Notes under the pieces: generated by a model
The model's input: only the letters and a program-made list of their open reading frames with translations
Database searches by the model: none
What the model was told of the DNA's origin: nothing
Shown: positions 17,837-26,663 of the stretch, one piece after another
Layout of the letters: every line of letters starts with the position of its first letter
Position numbering within the stretch: the first letter of the stretch is position 1
IMG/VR virus record: IMGVR_UViG_3300042731_007310
Location: 20,479 to 84,478 of that record
Origin: a virus
Direction: 5' to 3' (one strand)
Length of the DNA: 64,000 bases
Program-made: the position numbers and the translations under genes

Positions 17837-19738
17837 ATGGTAGACACCATTGTCCAAAAAACAGAAAAAGATATAGTTGAAGCAAAGGCAAGAAGGGCTA
17901 ATAATTCTGATCTTTGGAATAAACTTTGGAGCGAAGAAGGGGATGATACGTGGAGAAAGGAAGCTCTTACGCGCGTGTACGCGCGAATATGCGCACTCAT
18001 AAAGAGACTTCCACCGTTATCGCCTAAAGGAAACGTAGTAGTTGATATAGGTGGTGGTCGCGGAATACTAGCGAAACAGATTGTAGATGAATGTCATTTA
18101 GTTGGTCAGAATCCTTCTGAAAACATGTATGTTGTTGATCACAGCGATTCCGCTCTAGAAGGTGTTACAGAAAAGGGTATGACTGGAATAAAGTGTGATT
18201 TGGAAGCTATCAGTGACGTTGATGATTTTCCAAGTGCAACAGTATATGTGTCTACTGAATGCTTGGAACACCTTTCTACTATCACTCGTAATAGATTACT
18301 AAAGACTATAAAAAGAAATTCTAATTATGGTGCGTTGATATCAGTACCCAACAATCGATTAGGTCCGGAAGAAGAACCACAACACACAATAAAATTCAAT
18401 GCTATGTCATTCAAAAAGACCCTTGAAAGTCATTTCGAACACGTAAGGATTGAAGTGATGGGTCCATTTTTGTTAGGCGTGTGTGGTCAATTAGCAAAGA
18501 AAGATTTCACGTTATCAGCTACGCTTCCGGTTCGAGACGAAGAACACGATTTAGAACCGACCTTAGCAAGTTTGCGCGGTATAGCCGATCAACTTGTAGT
18601 AGGTATAGATCCAAGAACTAAAGATAAAACGTGGGAGATAGCAGAGCTATATGCTGATAAAGTTTTTTACTTACGCGATCCAATGGGTCCACCAGATAAT
18701 CATAGCCTAAACGATTGTCTTGTTTGTGAAGGTGGTGAATGCAGAGAATATATGGGCGAAAATGGTGTGAATTTCTCATGGATAAGAAATCAGTGTATCG
18801 CTGAATGTGATGGTGAATGGATCTTTATGACTGAAGGTCATGAAAGATTAGTTGGTGGACAAGACGTTTTGCTTCAACTAGATAGAATAGTTCCTAAACC
18901 AGCAAGGATAGGATTAGTTCTAAGACAAGGTAACGGGCAACAATGGTCATTTCCGTGGTTGTTTCGGAATGCTAAAGATATTTTCTTTACTCGTCCGGTT
19001 CACAATACTTTGGATTATCCTGATGGAACTTACGTTGTAAAATTACCTCAAATAAAAATGCTTCATGATAGGCATGAAGAACGTGGAAAAAGTCGCGCCA
19101 AACAACGCAAGGCACAGAACAGAAACGCGCTACTAGATGACTGGCTAGCGCGCAAATCTGAAGCCAGTCTTTTCTATTTGGGTCAAGAGTGGCGTGATAT
19201 CGATCCAAATAAAGCGATAGAAAGGCTTGAACAATTTTTAGTTGTTTCAAATAATGGTGTTCAACGCTATCAGGCTAGGCTTATCTTGGCCAAAGAATAT
19301 ATGAGAAAAGGAAACGTGAAAGATGCTTTTAGAGTGCTACATGGCTGTACTTCTGATGATTGGACGCGTTGTGAACACTTTCTTTGGTTAGGTGATATTG
19401 CCTTTCTTCAAGAAGACTTTGAGAAGGCACATAGATTTTATACGTACGCTGCAACAGGCATAGGAGATCCACCTTTTACGGTGTGGTGGATCGACCTGAT
19501 ATACTATGGTCATCTTCCCGCGCAAAGGTTAGCACAAGTTTGCGCTCATATGGGTCGCATAGAAGAATCTTTGATGTGGGCTAAAAAGGTTATCGAACTT
19601 CTTCCGGGTGATTCACCTACGGAAGCTTTTACGGAAGCACAAGAAAACGTTACAATACTGGAAGAAGCATTGTCACAATGTAACGGAGAGAAAAGTCATG
19701 ACACCAAAACAACTAATCAAAGACATTCTGCAAAGTAA
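17837..19738 (+). CDS. SAM-dependent methyltransferase + GT2 glycosyltransferase + TPR fusion protein
   Basis: VVDIGGGRG SAM motif and ECLEHL...LISVPN; GT-A start LSATLPVRDEE..L, NFSWIRN, GEWIFMTEGHE, FTRPVHN; C-terminal TPR-like helices (LFYLGQEW, FLWLGDIAF). Confidence 0.8.
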   Translation: MVDTIVQKTEKDIVEAKARRANNSDLWNKLWSEEGDDTWRKEALTRVYARICALIKRLPPLSPKGNVVVDIGGGRGILAKQIVDECHLVGQNPSENMYVVDHSDSALEGVTEKGMTGIKCDLEAISDVDDFPSATVYVSTECLEHLSTITRNRLLKTIKRNSNYGALISVPNNRLGPEEEPQHTIKFNAMSFKKTLESHFEHVRIEVMGPFLLGVCGQLAKKDFTLSATLPVRDEEHDLEPTLASLRGIADQLVVGIDPRTKDKTWEIAELYADKVFYLRDPMGPPDNHSLNDCLVCEGGECREYMGENGVNFSWIRNQCIAECDGEWIFMTEGHERLVGGQDVLLQLDRIVPKPARIGLVLRQGNGQQWSFPWLFRNAKDIFFTRPVHNTLDYPDGTYVVKLPQIKMLHDRHEERGKSRAKQRKAQNRNALLDDWLARKSEASLFYLGQEWRDIDPNKAIERLEQFLVVSNNGVQRYQARLILAKEYMRKGNVKDAFRVLHGCTSDDWTRCEHFLWLGDIAFLQEDFEKAHRFYTYAATGIGDPPFTVWWIDLIYYGHLPAQRLAQVCAHMGRIEESLMWAKKVIELLPGDSPTEAFTEAQENVTILEEALSQCNGEKSHDTKTTNQRHSAK

Positions 19739-20198
19739 AAAATTTGGCGGTTTCGTCGATATCGAAGTAATCCGCGATAGTGGTGACGGACCAAAAGTTA
19801 TTCGTAGGGTAAGGACTCATAATCTGGTAGTCAATACCGGTAAACGTCAAACGTGGCGTCAAGCTTGTGGTTTGAACCCTAATGACTGGGATCAATTCCG
19901 GGTTGGAACGTGTGGTGTAGCCGCTAACAGCGCGCAAACTAACGTTGTGTCGCCCGTAACCGGAACCCTGAATACGGCTGACTCGAAAACGCTTTTGGCT
20001 GGTACAAGAACGTTTCAGTTGGTTATCAGCTATCCTTCAGGTGCGGGTTCGAAGTCCGCAACCAACATTCAAGAAGTCGTTGTGTTGAATCAAAATACTT
20101 CACCTGGTGGATCGGCTCTTATGCGCGCCATATTTACGCCAGTAAATAAAACGACTGCCGATAAGTTGAAGCTCACCTACAACGTTCGAATCGTGTAA
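19698..20198 (+). CDS. Phage structural protein (collar/fibre-attachment-like beta protein)
   Basis: HNLVVNTG ... IQEVVVLN...GGSALMRAIFTPVNKTTADKLKLTYNV is a widespread phage virion motif; start placed at ATG 19698. Confidence 0.65.
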   Translation: MTPKQLIKDILQSKKFGGFVDIEVIRDSGDGPKVIRRVRTHNLVVNTGKRQTWRQACGLNPNDWDQFRVGTCGVAANSAQTNVVSPVTGTLNTADSKTLLAGTRTFQLVISYPSGAGSKSATNIQEVVVLNQNTSPGGSALMRAIFTPVNKTTADKLKLTYNVRIV

Positions 20199-20200
20199 TC

Positions 20201-20545
20201 ATGGGTATTACGGATAAACCGCAAATTGTTGATTCAGTCTTGGCCACAATTGAGACTGAACCAACAGATCCAATTTTTCCTTGTCCTGAATGCGGTTCAG
20301 AAACTAAACCCTATGGTGAAGCCGAAAGAGAAAATAGCGGTCAACGAATTTGTTCTTCAACGGTATGTAGAAAAGTTCAACCCAAAATAAAAGAAACGTT
20401 GAAGCAAATAAACGGTAGGATCGTGAGGTTTCCGTGTAGGGATTGTGGTTGCGAAACTAAAGTCTATAAGGACGGAAAAGTAGACGTAGTAAAATCAAGG
20501 ATTTGTTCTAACAAGTCCTGTAAACACATTATTGAAGCGACATAG
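20201..20545 (+). CDS. Double zinc-ribbon protein
   Basis: Internal duplication FPCPECGSETKPY...RICSSTVC / FPCRDCGCETKVY...RICSNKSC. Confidence 0.7.
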   Translation: MGITDKPQIVDSVLATIETEPTDPIFPCPECGSETKPYGEAERENSGQRICSSTVCRKVQPKIKETLKQINGRIVRFPCRDCGCETKVYKDGKVDVVKSRICSNKSCKHIIEAT

Positions 20546-20592
20546 CCTAGATCCACGTCGGATCGGGCTATGCCCGAAAAGGAGAGTGGATC

Positions 20593-21024
20593 ATGGCTGA
20601 ACGAAGAATAGCTAACGCTTCAGATTTCACAAGCGCAATACGCTCTAATAGCGGAGCAATATTAGGCGATCTAGCTACCAACCCCGGAAGTACGGCGGCT
20701 GAAGTCGCTTCTAGTACGTCGATAAACCAAATCATTGTCGATCAAGTCTTGGCCTTTGGCGTGAAGGCTGGTGTGATAATCGCTAGGGCAAACTTCAGCG
20801 GTATAATCCGATTTTGGCGCGCTAACGACTGGTTTGAAATGATGCTTGACCATATCAGTACGGCGCGAACGTGGCTTTCTGGTGTTGGTTCTAATGGAGC
20901 ATTAGAAGGAAATTTGGCTAGTGCGTTGGTAACCGCTGGTGTGAGTACCAACGAATCGGAAGCGCTCGCTACAGCGCTAGCGAACGTCTTGATAAATGAA
21001 GGCGCTGGTGAAACGGCTGGATGA
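20593..21024 (+). CDS. Hypothetical protein (winged-helix-like)
   Basis: RBS AAGGAG; 'LATNPGSTAAEVASSTSI' resembles MarR/wHTH helices. Confidence 0.6.
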   Translation: MAERRIANASDFTSAIRSNSGAILGDLATNPGSTAAEVASSTSINQIIVDQVLAFGVKAGVIIARANFSGIIRFWRANDWFEMMLDHISTARTWLSGVGSNGALEGNLASALVTAGVSTNESEALATALANVLINEGAGETAG

Positions 21025-21025
21025 T

Positions 21026-21736
21026 ATGACACAAGTTCTCTATCCCATTGGTGACGGAATATTTGTAGGTGATTGGAAGTCAATCGGTGGAATAGAGAAG
21101 TCTTATGTTATGAATCCATTATTAGGTGATGACGCATACGTGTACATCAAAGAAGGTATGGTTGGAAATTTCTTTGATGTACATGTAGAGTCAAAAGGAC
21201 CTATAGAATTTGGAAATTCACAACTTCATGTAAGGGCTAATCGAATTGACGGTGGAAATGAATCCCAAATTTCAGCTTCGATATGGGGTGAAAATCCGCA
21301 AAGAACAAATAGCCCTAGACTGATATCTACGATCGATCCGATATTCATAACATTTGAAGACTGGAACGATTATGTAAAGGTGATAGAAGGAAGAGATAGT
21401 GATTATATATCTAGTTATATGGGTGACCTTTGGATTAGAATTTGGATTTCTGCGATCATAAATGGTTCCGGATTTTATCCAAAGATAGGTATTTCTTCAG
21501 TTTGGATAGAAACACCGGAATCACCGAAAGTTGTTTTCAATGATCTTTCAACTAAACCAACTGAAGGTATTTTGGTTTACGTTAGAACTTACAGTGGAAG
21601 GACTGGTGTAGCGAAATACTATAAAGGTGAATGGCTAGACGAATCAGATCAACCATTTGAAAAAATGGAAAACGGAAGTGGACCTGATGGTAGATTGAAT
21701 TTTCCGATAGCTGTAAACGGATGGTCATACATGTAA
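21026..21736 (+). CDS. Hypothetical beta-rich protein, possible virion component
   Basis: ORF fills the gap between 20593-21024 and the fibre gene. Confidence 0.6.
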   Translation: MTQVLYPIGDGIFVGDWKSIGGIEKSYVMNPLLGDDAYVYIKEGMVGNFFDVHVESKGPIEFGNSQLHVRANRIDGGNESQISASIWGENPQRTNSPRLISTIDPIFITFEDWNDYVKVIEGRDSDYISSYMGDLWIRIWISAIINGSGFYPKIGISSVWIETPESPKVVFNDLSTKPTEGILVYVRTYSGRTGVAKYYKGEWLDESDQPFEKMENGSGPDGRLNFPIAVNGWSYM

Positions 21737-21749
21737 AAGAGAAGAGATA

Positions 21750-24700
21750 ATGGCTATTCCATCTTATGAAGGTATTGCATCTAATACGGCGTTTGCTTCA
21801 TCAATCACCGTAGATATATCTGGTATAGATGGTGGGAGTCCACCTACTGTTGGTGATTTACTAATTGCTAATGTTTCTGTAGTAAATATATCAGCTCCAA
21901 CAAATGAACTTATAACCGCACCTGATGGATGGCACAAACTTGGAAAGGTACTTTTAGGTCACCGTGATGCTTTATTTTGGAAGATAAGGGAAAGCGGAGA
22001 TAGCAACAGTGTTCAATTTGGTCATGCTGGAATAGGTGTACTAAACACAATAGCATATATCCATTGTATACGTGGCGCTGATAAAGCAAGGCCAATAGTA
22101 AGGCAATCAATAAATTATGAAGATTCTGGAACCTATAATTGGGATGCAGAAACAACACCTGTAGCAGATTGTTTAGCGATAGCTTCAGTAAATTTAGCTG
22201 AAGGAAATAATACTGGTGCTAGTCCGGCTAGCGGTTGGACAGAAAGACTAGACATTGGAATTGGAATTTTGATTGATGAGCTTACTTCTTACGTTCAAAC
22301 AAGGGGATTTGCAACGCAAGGAAGTAGTACTGGAAATCCATCAACTGATATTCCGGGTATAGTTTCGTATCAATATATTGCACGTATGATATTGGTTCAA
22401 CCGCCACAAACGGCTACACCAAAAGATATTCGTGTTGCAACTGGAACATTTGCTAGTCCTACTTCAACAGGTAATCAAGATTTTACAAATCTAGGATTTG
22501 ACTGCAAAGCGTTGATAATTTACGGAATAAGGAACTCCGATCAATCAGCGGTGACGGATATAGAATACACACACGGAATAGGTGCCGACGACGGTGTGAC
22601 CAGCGCGGCACAAAGATGCTTTGGAGTTTGGCATGATTCCGGATCTGGTGCGGCTGGATATAGTAGAAATGGAGAAATAATCGCGCTCTACATCGCCGGC
22701 AACTCTACGTTGGGCAGTCCGGATTTATTGGCTACGTACAGCAGAATCACAGGCGGATTCAGATTGAATTGGACTTCCGTAATGGGAAGCGGTTATGCGT
22801 TTAGTTACATGGCTTTCGGAGGAGCCGATTTCCAAGCAGCTTGCGGAGCCGTTCAAGCCAGCGCAGGTTCAGTTAGTGGCTTGAATTTCAGACCTGAAGC
22901 TGTTCATATAATAGGTCAATGCCTTGATTCTGATTCAGATCAATTGAGGACCGTTTACGGTTTAGGAGCTTGCGGATGGTTAGATTGCCAAACCGGCGCC
23001 CAATTCTATTCTTTCATCGACACACAAGAAACCGGAAACGGGGAATTCATATTCAGGGATTCTGGATTGTACGGTCAATCGGTCGGAGGAACTCCGGGTT
23101 GGGAGATAGAATTCGCAAAAACCAATTCAGACGGTTGGAACTGGGCAGGGACCGATTCAGATTACTTCTTCTATTTGGCCATGTATTTCGGCGGAACCAC
23201 GTATTTCCCGTATCAAGTTGAGTATATTGAATCAGATGATTCCGGAACTGGTGGGGCCGATCAATATCTACCTTCATTTGCGCTAGATCAGACATATGCA
23301 ACCAAAAAATTAATTCATGCTTTAGGAAATAGGGACGGAACAGATGTGGGTTTAGAAGCTGGTGGATGTTCTGAAGGTCACGTAAAATTTTCGTATGAAG
23401 CGGTTGATCAAGATGGTATGGCAATAGCCAAAATCGGAAGTACATCAGAGAGAAGAAGGGCTACATTTCAAGCGATACTGATGCACTCTTCTGGTGATTT
23501 AGATTCGATTGGAAAATTAGGTAGATTTTATTATCCAGATTATATCGACTGGCAAGTAAATAATACCGTAGATCATTTGATAGGTTTATTTACTTTAGGA
23601 TTTATAGGTCAAGTCTATACGAGAATAATCAATGATACAATATCCGTATCAGATAATCTTGACGTTGAAATGTTTTATGGAAGGACTACTGTTTCAGACA
23701 ATGTTTCAGTAACAGATTCCATTCAACGTGTTCATGATGCTCACCGGATTATAAACGACACTATTTCAGTCACAGATCAAATTCAACGCGAACATGACGC
23801 TGTTAGAATCATCAACGATACAGTAAACGTATCAGATCAAGTATATACTAATCTAGAATATGAAAGATCAATAAACGACACTGTTTCTATTTCAGATCAG
23901 ATTCAAAGCGAACATGACGCTGTTAGAATCATCAACGATACTGTTTCTGTTTCTGATTCTTTATCCACAGAACTTTCATATGGAAGAACGCTTTCTGACA
24001 CTGTTTCGGTTACAGATTCTATTCAACGTGAACATGATGCTCACCGAATAGTAGGCGACGCTATTTCAATAACAGATCAAGCTTCTACCGAATTAGAGTA
24101 TGGAAGGGCGGTAGGCGACACTGTTTCGGTAACCGATCAAATTCAAAGGGAACATGACGCTGTAAGAACGATTGATGACACCGTTTCAGTAACCGATCAG
24201 ATTCAACGTGTTCATGATGCTCACCGGATTATAAGCGATTCGATATCTGTTACAGATCAAATTCAGCGAGCCCATGACGCAAGTAGGATAATAGACGATT
24301 CGATATCTGTTACAGATCAAATTCAGCGAGCCCATGAATCACATAGAATTATAAATGATAATATAAGTATTTCTGATTCGATAAATGTGAATACAGCTTT
24401 TTGTTTTTGTTTTAGCGATCCTATAAACGTCATCGATCAGATTTTACGTGCTCATGACGCGGTTAGAACAATAAACGATCAAATTGCCGTTATTGATTCT
24501 GTCGTTAGAAACATGTATTTTGAAAGATCTGTAAATGATACGGTAAACATAACCGATCAACTTGTAGTAGAATTCTTTATAGAGAGAACTGTTAGTGACA
24601 CCATAAGCGTATCTGATCAACTATCAAGGGATCACGATTCTTCAAGAACGTTTGATGACAACGTATCAGTAGTTGATCAAATAGCGATAGAAGTATTTAT

Positions 24701-26660
24701 AAAAAATGTCGATTCCATATCTGTCATTGATCAAGTGGTGGTCTCACTTGAATACGAAAGAAGTTTTTCAGATTCCGTTTCTGTAACTGATTCCGTAAAA
24801 GCAACATTGGAATTCGAAAGAAGTTTTTCAGATTCCGTTTCGTTATCAGATTCTTTATCTATTGAACTTGAATACGGAAGAATCATCAGTGATTCCATTT
24901 CTGTTGTTGATTCAATCCAATACGTTCATGATGCTCATAGAATAATAAGTGATACCGTTTCAACTACTGACCAAATCGTTCCGGAAGTCTTTAGGGACTA
25001 TGGTGATATGGTTGGTATTATTGATGAGTTGAAAGTATCGCTGGTATATGGTCGTATCATTTCTGATTACGTAGTAACTTATGACACGTTTAGTAGGGGA
25101 AAAGAGATCGGGTATGCAATATCCGATAGCGTAAATATCATTGATCAAATTTCTACTGAAATGAATTTTGGTAGAGTGATAAATGATTCAACAAATGTTT
25201 CAGATCAGTTGATTGCAGAGTTCATAGAAGGACAAATAAAAAGAGAGTTTTATGAAACTATAGGTGTTACAGATTCTTTGTCCATTGAAATGGAGTACGG
25301 AAGGACTGTAAGCGATTCCGTGAATGTTTTAGATCAAATACTTACTGGTTATGCGCAAGGAATAACGATAAACGATTCTGTTTCAGTTTCAGATCAACTT
25401 ATCAGATCTCAAGATGTAAATATAGAAATCAACGATTCGATAAACGTATCCGATCAAGCTTCAGCCGGAATCTTCGATTATGCATTTTTTGATTCAGTTA
25501 GTTTGTCTGATTCTTTGTCCATTGAAATGGAGTACGGAAGGTTAATAAGTGACACCGTTTCAACTGTTGACCAAATCGTATCACAAATAACTGGTGAAAT
25601 AAATATAACGATAAATGATACTATTTCGGTAGCAGATTCAATTCAAAGGGAACATGACGCTGTAAGAAACATCAGCGACAGTGTTTCTGTTTCTGACTTA
25701 TTAGGTGCGACTAGCGAGAGAGAAATATCTGATTCAATAAATGTGTCAGATCAACTGATAGCAGAAACTTCTTATAATAGATCTATTAGCGACACAATAA
25801 ATGTAACAGATTCCATTCAACGTGAACATGACGCGGTTAGATCAATCACTGATTCGATACAGGTTGATGATACGATATCTGTTTCTACTGGTGGAATTAT
25901 TCTTCTTTCTGATTCCGTAAACGTAGTAGAACAACTTTCGATCGAAATGGAATATGGAAGAACGATAAGTGAAACCATTTCTGTTACAGATCAGACTTCA
26001 GCTTTAGCAGAAAGAATTTTTGATATTGCAATTGGTGATTCGATAAACGTTTCTGAAACGTTTATCAGTGAAGTCGAATATCACAGAATTATTTCTGATT
26101 CAGTAAGTGTCACAGATCAACTTTCTGTTTTCACTCCTAGTTTTGACGTTGAAATAGATGACTCAATATCAGTAGAAGATTTGATAATCGTTTCACTCGA
26201 AAAAGCGAAAACGATTTTCGATTCTATTCAGGTTTCAGATTCAATAGAATCAGAGTTGACTTTAGGTGCTTATGTATCTGATAACGTATTTGTTACAGAT
26301 CAGATTTTAGCAGACTTGATTTTCACAACACCGGATGAACTTGAAGTGGTTGATCTGTTGTTGGTAGAAGTGAACTATTCAAGGTCAACAAATGATAGTG
26401 TAGAAATTGAAGATTCAATAATAGAAGGTGCTCAAATTTTACTTATTCATGGTATTGAAGACGGGATAAATTATGGTCCATTGAAAATTTATACCGTTTC
26501 TCCTACTGGACCTTTGAGTATTTCTGGTGGTAGAGACTGTTATCCAATTCCAACAGGATTTGTCATAATCAAGGGTGATTATGTAGAATGTAATGATAGG
26601 TTGGATTCAGGAATGATTTTCGAACAAACAATAGATGATTCTGTTCAAGTAACGGGGTGA
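21750..26660 (+). CDS. Giant fibre-like virion protein: N-terminal beta-sandwich/adhesin domains plus about 1000 aa of 20-aa repeats
   Basis: 1636 aa; N-terminal GDLLIA..APDGW...FWKI lectin-like domain; C-terminal repeats such as RIINDTISVTDQIQREHDAV. Confidence 0.8.
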   Translation: MAIPSYEGIASNTAFASSITVDISGIDGGSPPTVGDLLIANVSVVNISAPTNELITAPDGWHKLGKVLLGHRDALFWKIRESGDSNSVQFGHAGIGVLNTIAYIHCIRGADKARPIVRQSINYEDSGTYNWDAETTPVADCLAIASVNLAEGNNTGASPASGWTERLDIGIGILIDELTSYVQTRGFATQGSSTGNPSTDIPGIVSYQYIARMILVQPPQTATPKDIRVATGTFASPTSTGNQDFTNLGFDCKALIIYGIRNSDQSAVTDIEYTHGIGADDGVTSAAQRCFGVWHDSGSGAAGYSRNGEIIALYIAGNSTLGSPDLLATYSRITGGFRLNWTSVMGSGYAFSYMAFGGADFQAACGAVQASAGSVSGLNFRPEAVHIIGQCLDSDSDQLRTVYGLGACGWLDCQTGAQFYSFIDTQETGNGEFIFRDSGLYGQSVGGTPGWEIEFAKTNSDGWNWAGTDSDYFFYLAMYFGGTTYFPYQVEYIESDDSGTGGADQYLPSFALDQTYATKKLIHALGNRDGTDVGLEAGGCSEGHVKFSYEAVDQDGMAIAKIGSTSERRRATFQAILMHSSGDLDSIGKLGRFYYPDYIDWQVNNTVDHLIGLFTLGFIGQVYTRIINDTISVSDNLDVEMFYGRTTVSDNVSVTDSIQRVHDAHRIINDTISVTDQIQREHDAVRIINDTVNVSDQVYTNLEYERSINDTVSISDQIQSEHDAVRIINDTVSVSDSLSTELSYGRTLSDTVSVTDSIQREHDAHRIVGDAISITDQASTELEYGRAVGDTVSVTDQIQREHDAVRTIDDTVSVTDQIQRVHDAHRIISDSISVTDQIQRAHDASRIIDDSISVTDQIQRAHESHRIINDNISISDSINVNTAFCFCFSDPINVIDQILRAHDAVRTINDQIAVIDSVVRNMYFERSVNDTVNITDQLVVEFFIERTVSDTISVSDQLSRDHDSSRTFDDNVSVVDQIAIEVFIKNVDSISVIDQVVVSLEYERSFSDSVSVTDSVKATLEFERSFSDSVSLSDSLSIELEYGRIISDSISVVDSIQYVHDAHRIISDTVSTTDQIVPEVFRDYGDMVGIIDELKVSLVYGRIISDYVVTYDTFSRGKEIGYAISDSVNIIDQISTEMNFGRVINDSTNVSDQLIAEFIEGQIKREFYETIGVTDSLSIEMEYGRTVSDSVNVLDQILTGYAQGITINDSVSVSDQLIRSQDVNIEINDSINVSDQASAGIFDYAFFDSVSLSDSLSIEMEYGRLISDTVSTVDQIVSQITGEINITINDTISVADSIQREHDAVRNISDSVSVSDLLGATSEREISDSINVSDQLIAETSYNRSISDTINVTDSIQREHDAVRSITDSIQVDDTISVSTGGIILLSDSVNVVEQLSIEMEYGRTISETISVTDQTSALAERIFDIAIGDSINVSETFISEVEYHRIISDSVSVTDQLSVFTPSFDVEIDDSISVEDLIIVSLEKAKTIFDSIQVSDSIESELTLGAYVSDNVFVTDQILADLIFTTPDELEVVDLLLVEVNYSRSTNDSVEIEDSIIEGAQILLIHGIEDGINYGPLKIYTVSPTGPLSISGGRDCYPIPTGFVIIKGDYVECNDRLDSGMIFEQTIDDSVQVTG
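23620..26655 (+). repeat. Degenerate 60-bp (20-aa) tandem coding repeat, about 50 units
   Basis: Consensus R-x-[IVF]-[SND]-D-[ST]-[IV]-[SN]-[VI]-[ST]-D-[QS]; a 42-bp exact copy at 24236-24277 and 24296-24337. Confidence 0.9.
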
Positions 26661-26663
26661 GTT

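Noticed and set aside
23620-26655. Diversity-generating retroelement TR/VR pair or CRISPR
   Set aside because: The repeats are in-frame coding units with synonymous-type divergence rather than adenine-specific changes; no reverse transcriptase in the window.
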